A DNA stretch of 64,000 nt from Ylistrum balloti. Lineage: Eukaryota. The notes under the pieces are model-generated. The model was not told where the DNA came from. It saw only the letters and a list, made by a program, of their open reading frames with translations, and made no database searches. A program made the translations under genes and the position numbers. The stretch covers positions 1,488,001-1,552,000 of the forward strand of contig NW_026782003.1 in NCBI RefSeq assembly GCF_031769215.1. Reading direction: 5' to 3'. This document shows, piece after piece, positions 63,752 through 64,000 of the stretch (within the stretch, counting starts at the first letter, position 1; every line of letters begins with the position of its first letter).

Positions 63752-64000
63752 TGTTATATCAAACGAAACAGATTAAGGGTCAATCTATGTTAAGGATAAT
63801 AGTTTTAGTATTTGAGCACCATTCACATCAAATCTTGACTAAACTGTAACCTCATAAAGATCTTTTTTATGAGTATGTTGGTTTTTCAAATTGATTGAAA
63901 TTAACATGTAGATGTGGTGATTTTCAGTGTATCCAGAATTATGTTTCTGTTTTGTGTGAACCCTATATACTGATAGGTGTAATCAGATAATTTCCAGTCA

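Overview
AT-rich, intron-rich animal genomic DNA, most likely a bivalve mollusc (inferred from tandem HSPA12 genes and SINE/HINE-like repeats). Six protein-coding loci were reconstructed by hand from splice signals and reading-frame phase: a BTB-BACK-Kelch gene (-, 325-8325) head-to-head with an F-box/WD40 gene (+, 11792-20481); two tandem HSPA12 paralogues (-, 25418-28280 and 36336-39230); CCDC138 (-, 45376-56754) head-to-head with NAXD (+, 58122 onward, cut by the window end). The HSPA12 pair comes from a roughly 11-14 kb tandem duplication that also copied 3' exons of CCDC138 and shows sharply bounded near-identical tracts suggestive of gene conversion. The most unusual signal: at least six minisatellites have a repeat unit that copies the adjacent 5' splice site or stop-codon region (five also copy exon-end sequence), and all extend downstream in the direction of transcription. 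One of them puts about 55 copies of a real splice donor into a CCDC138 intron. Long low-complexity ORFs in the ORF track are repeat artefacts. All identities and counts are by eye.
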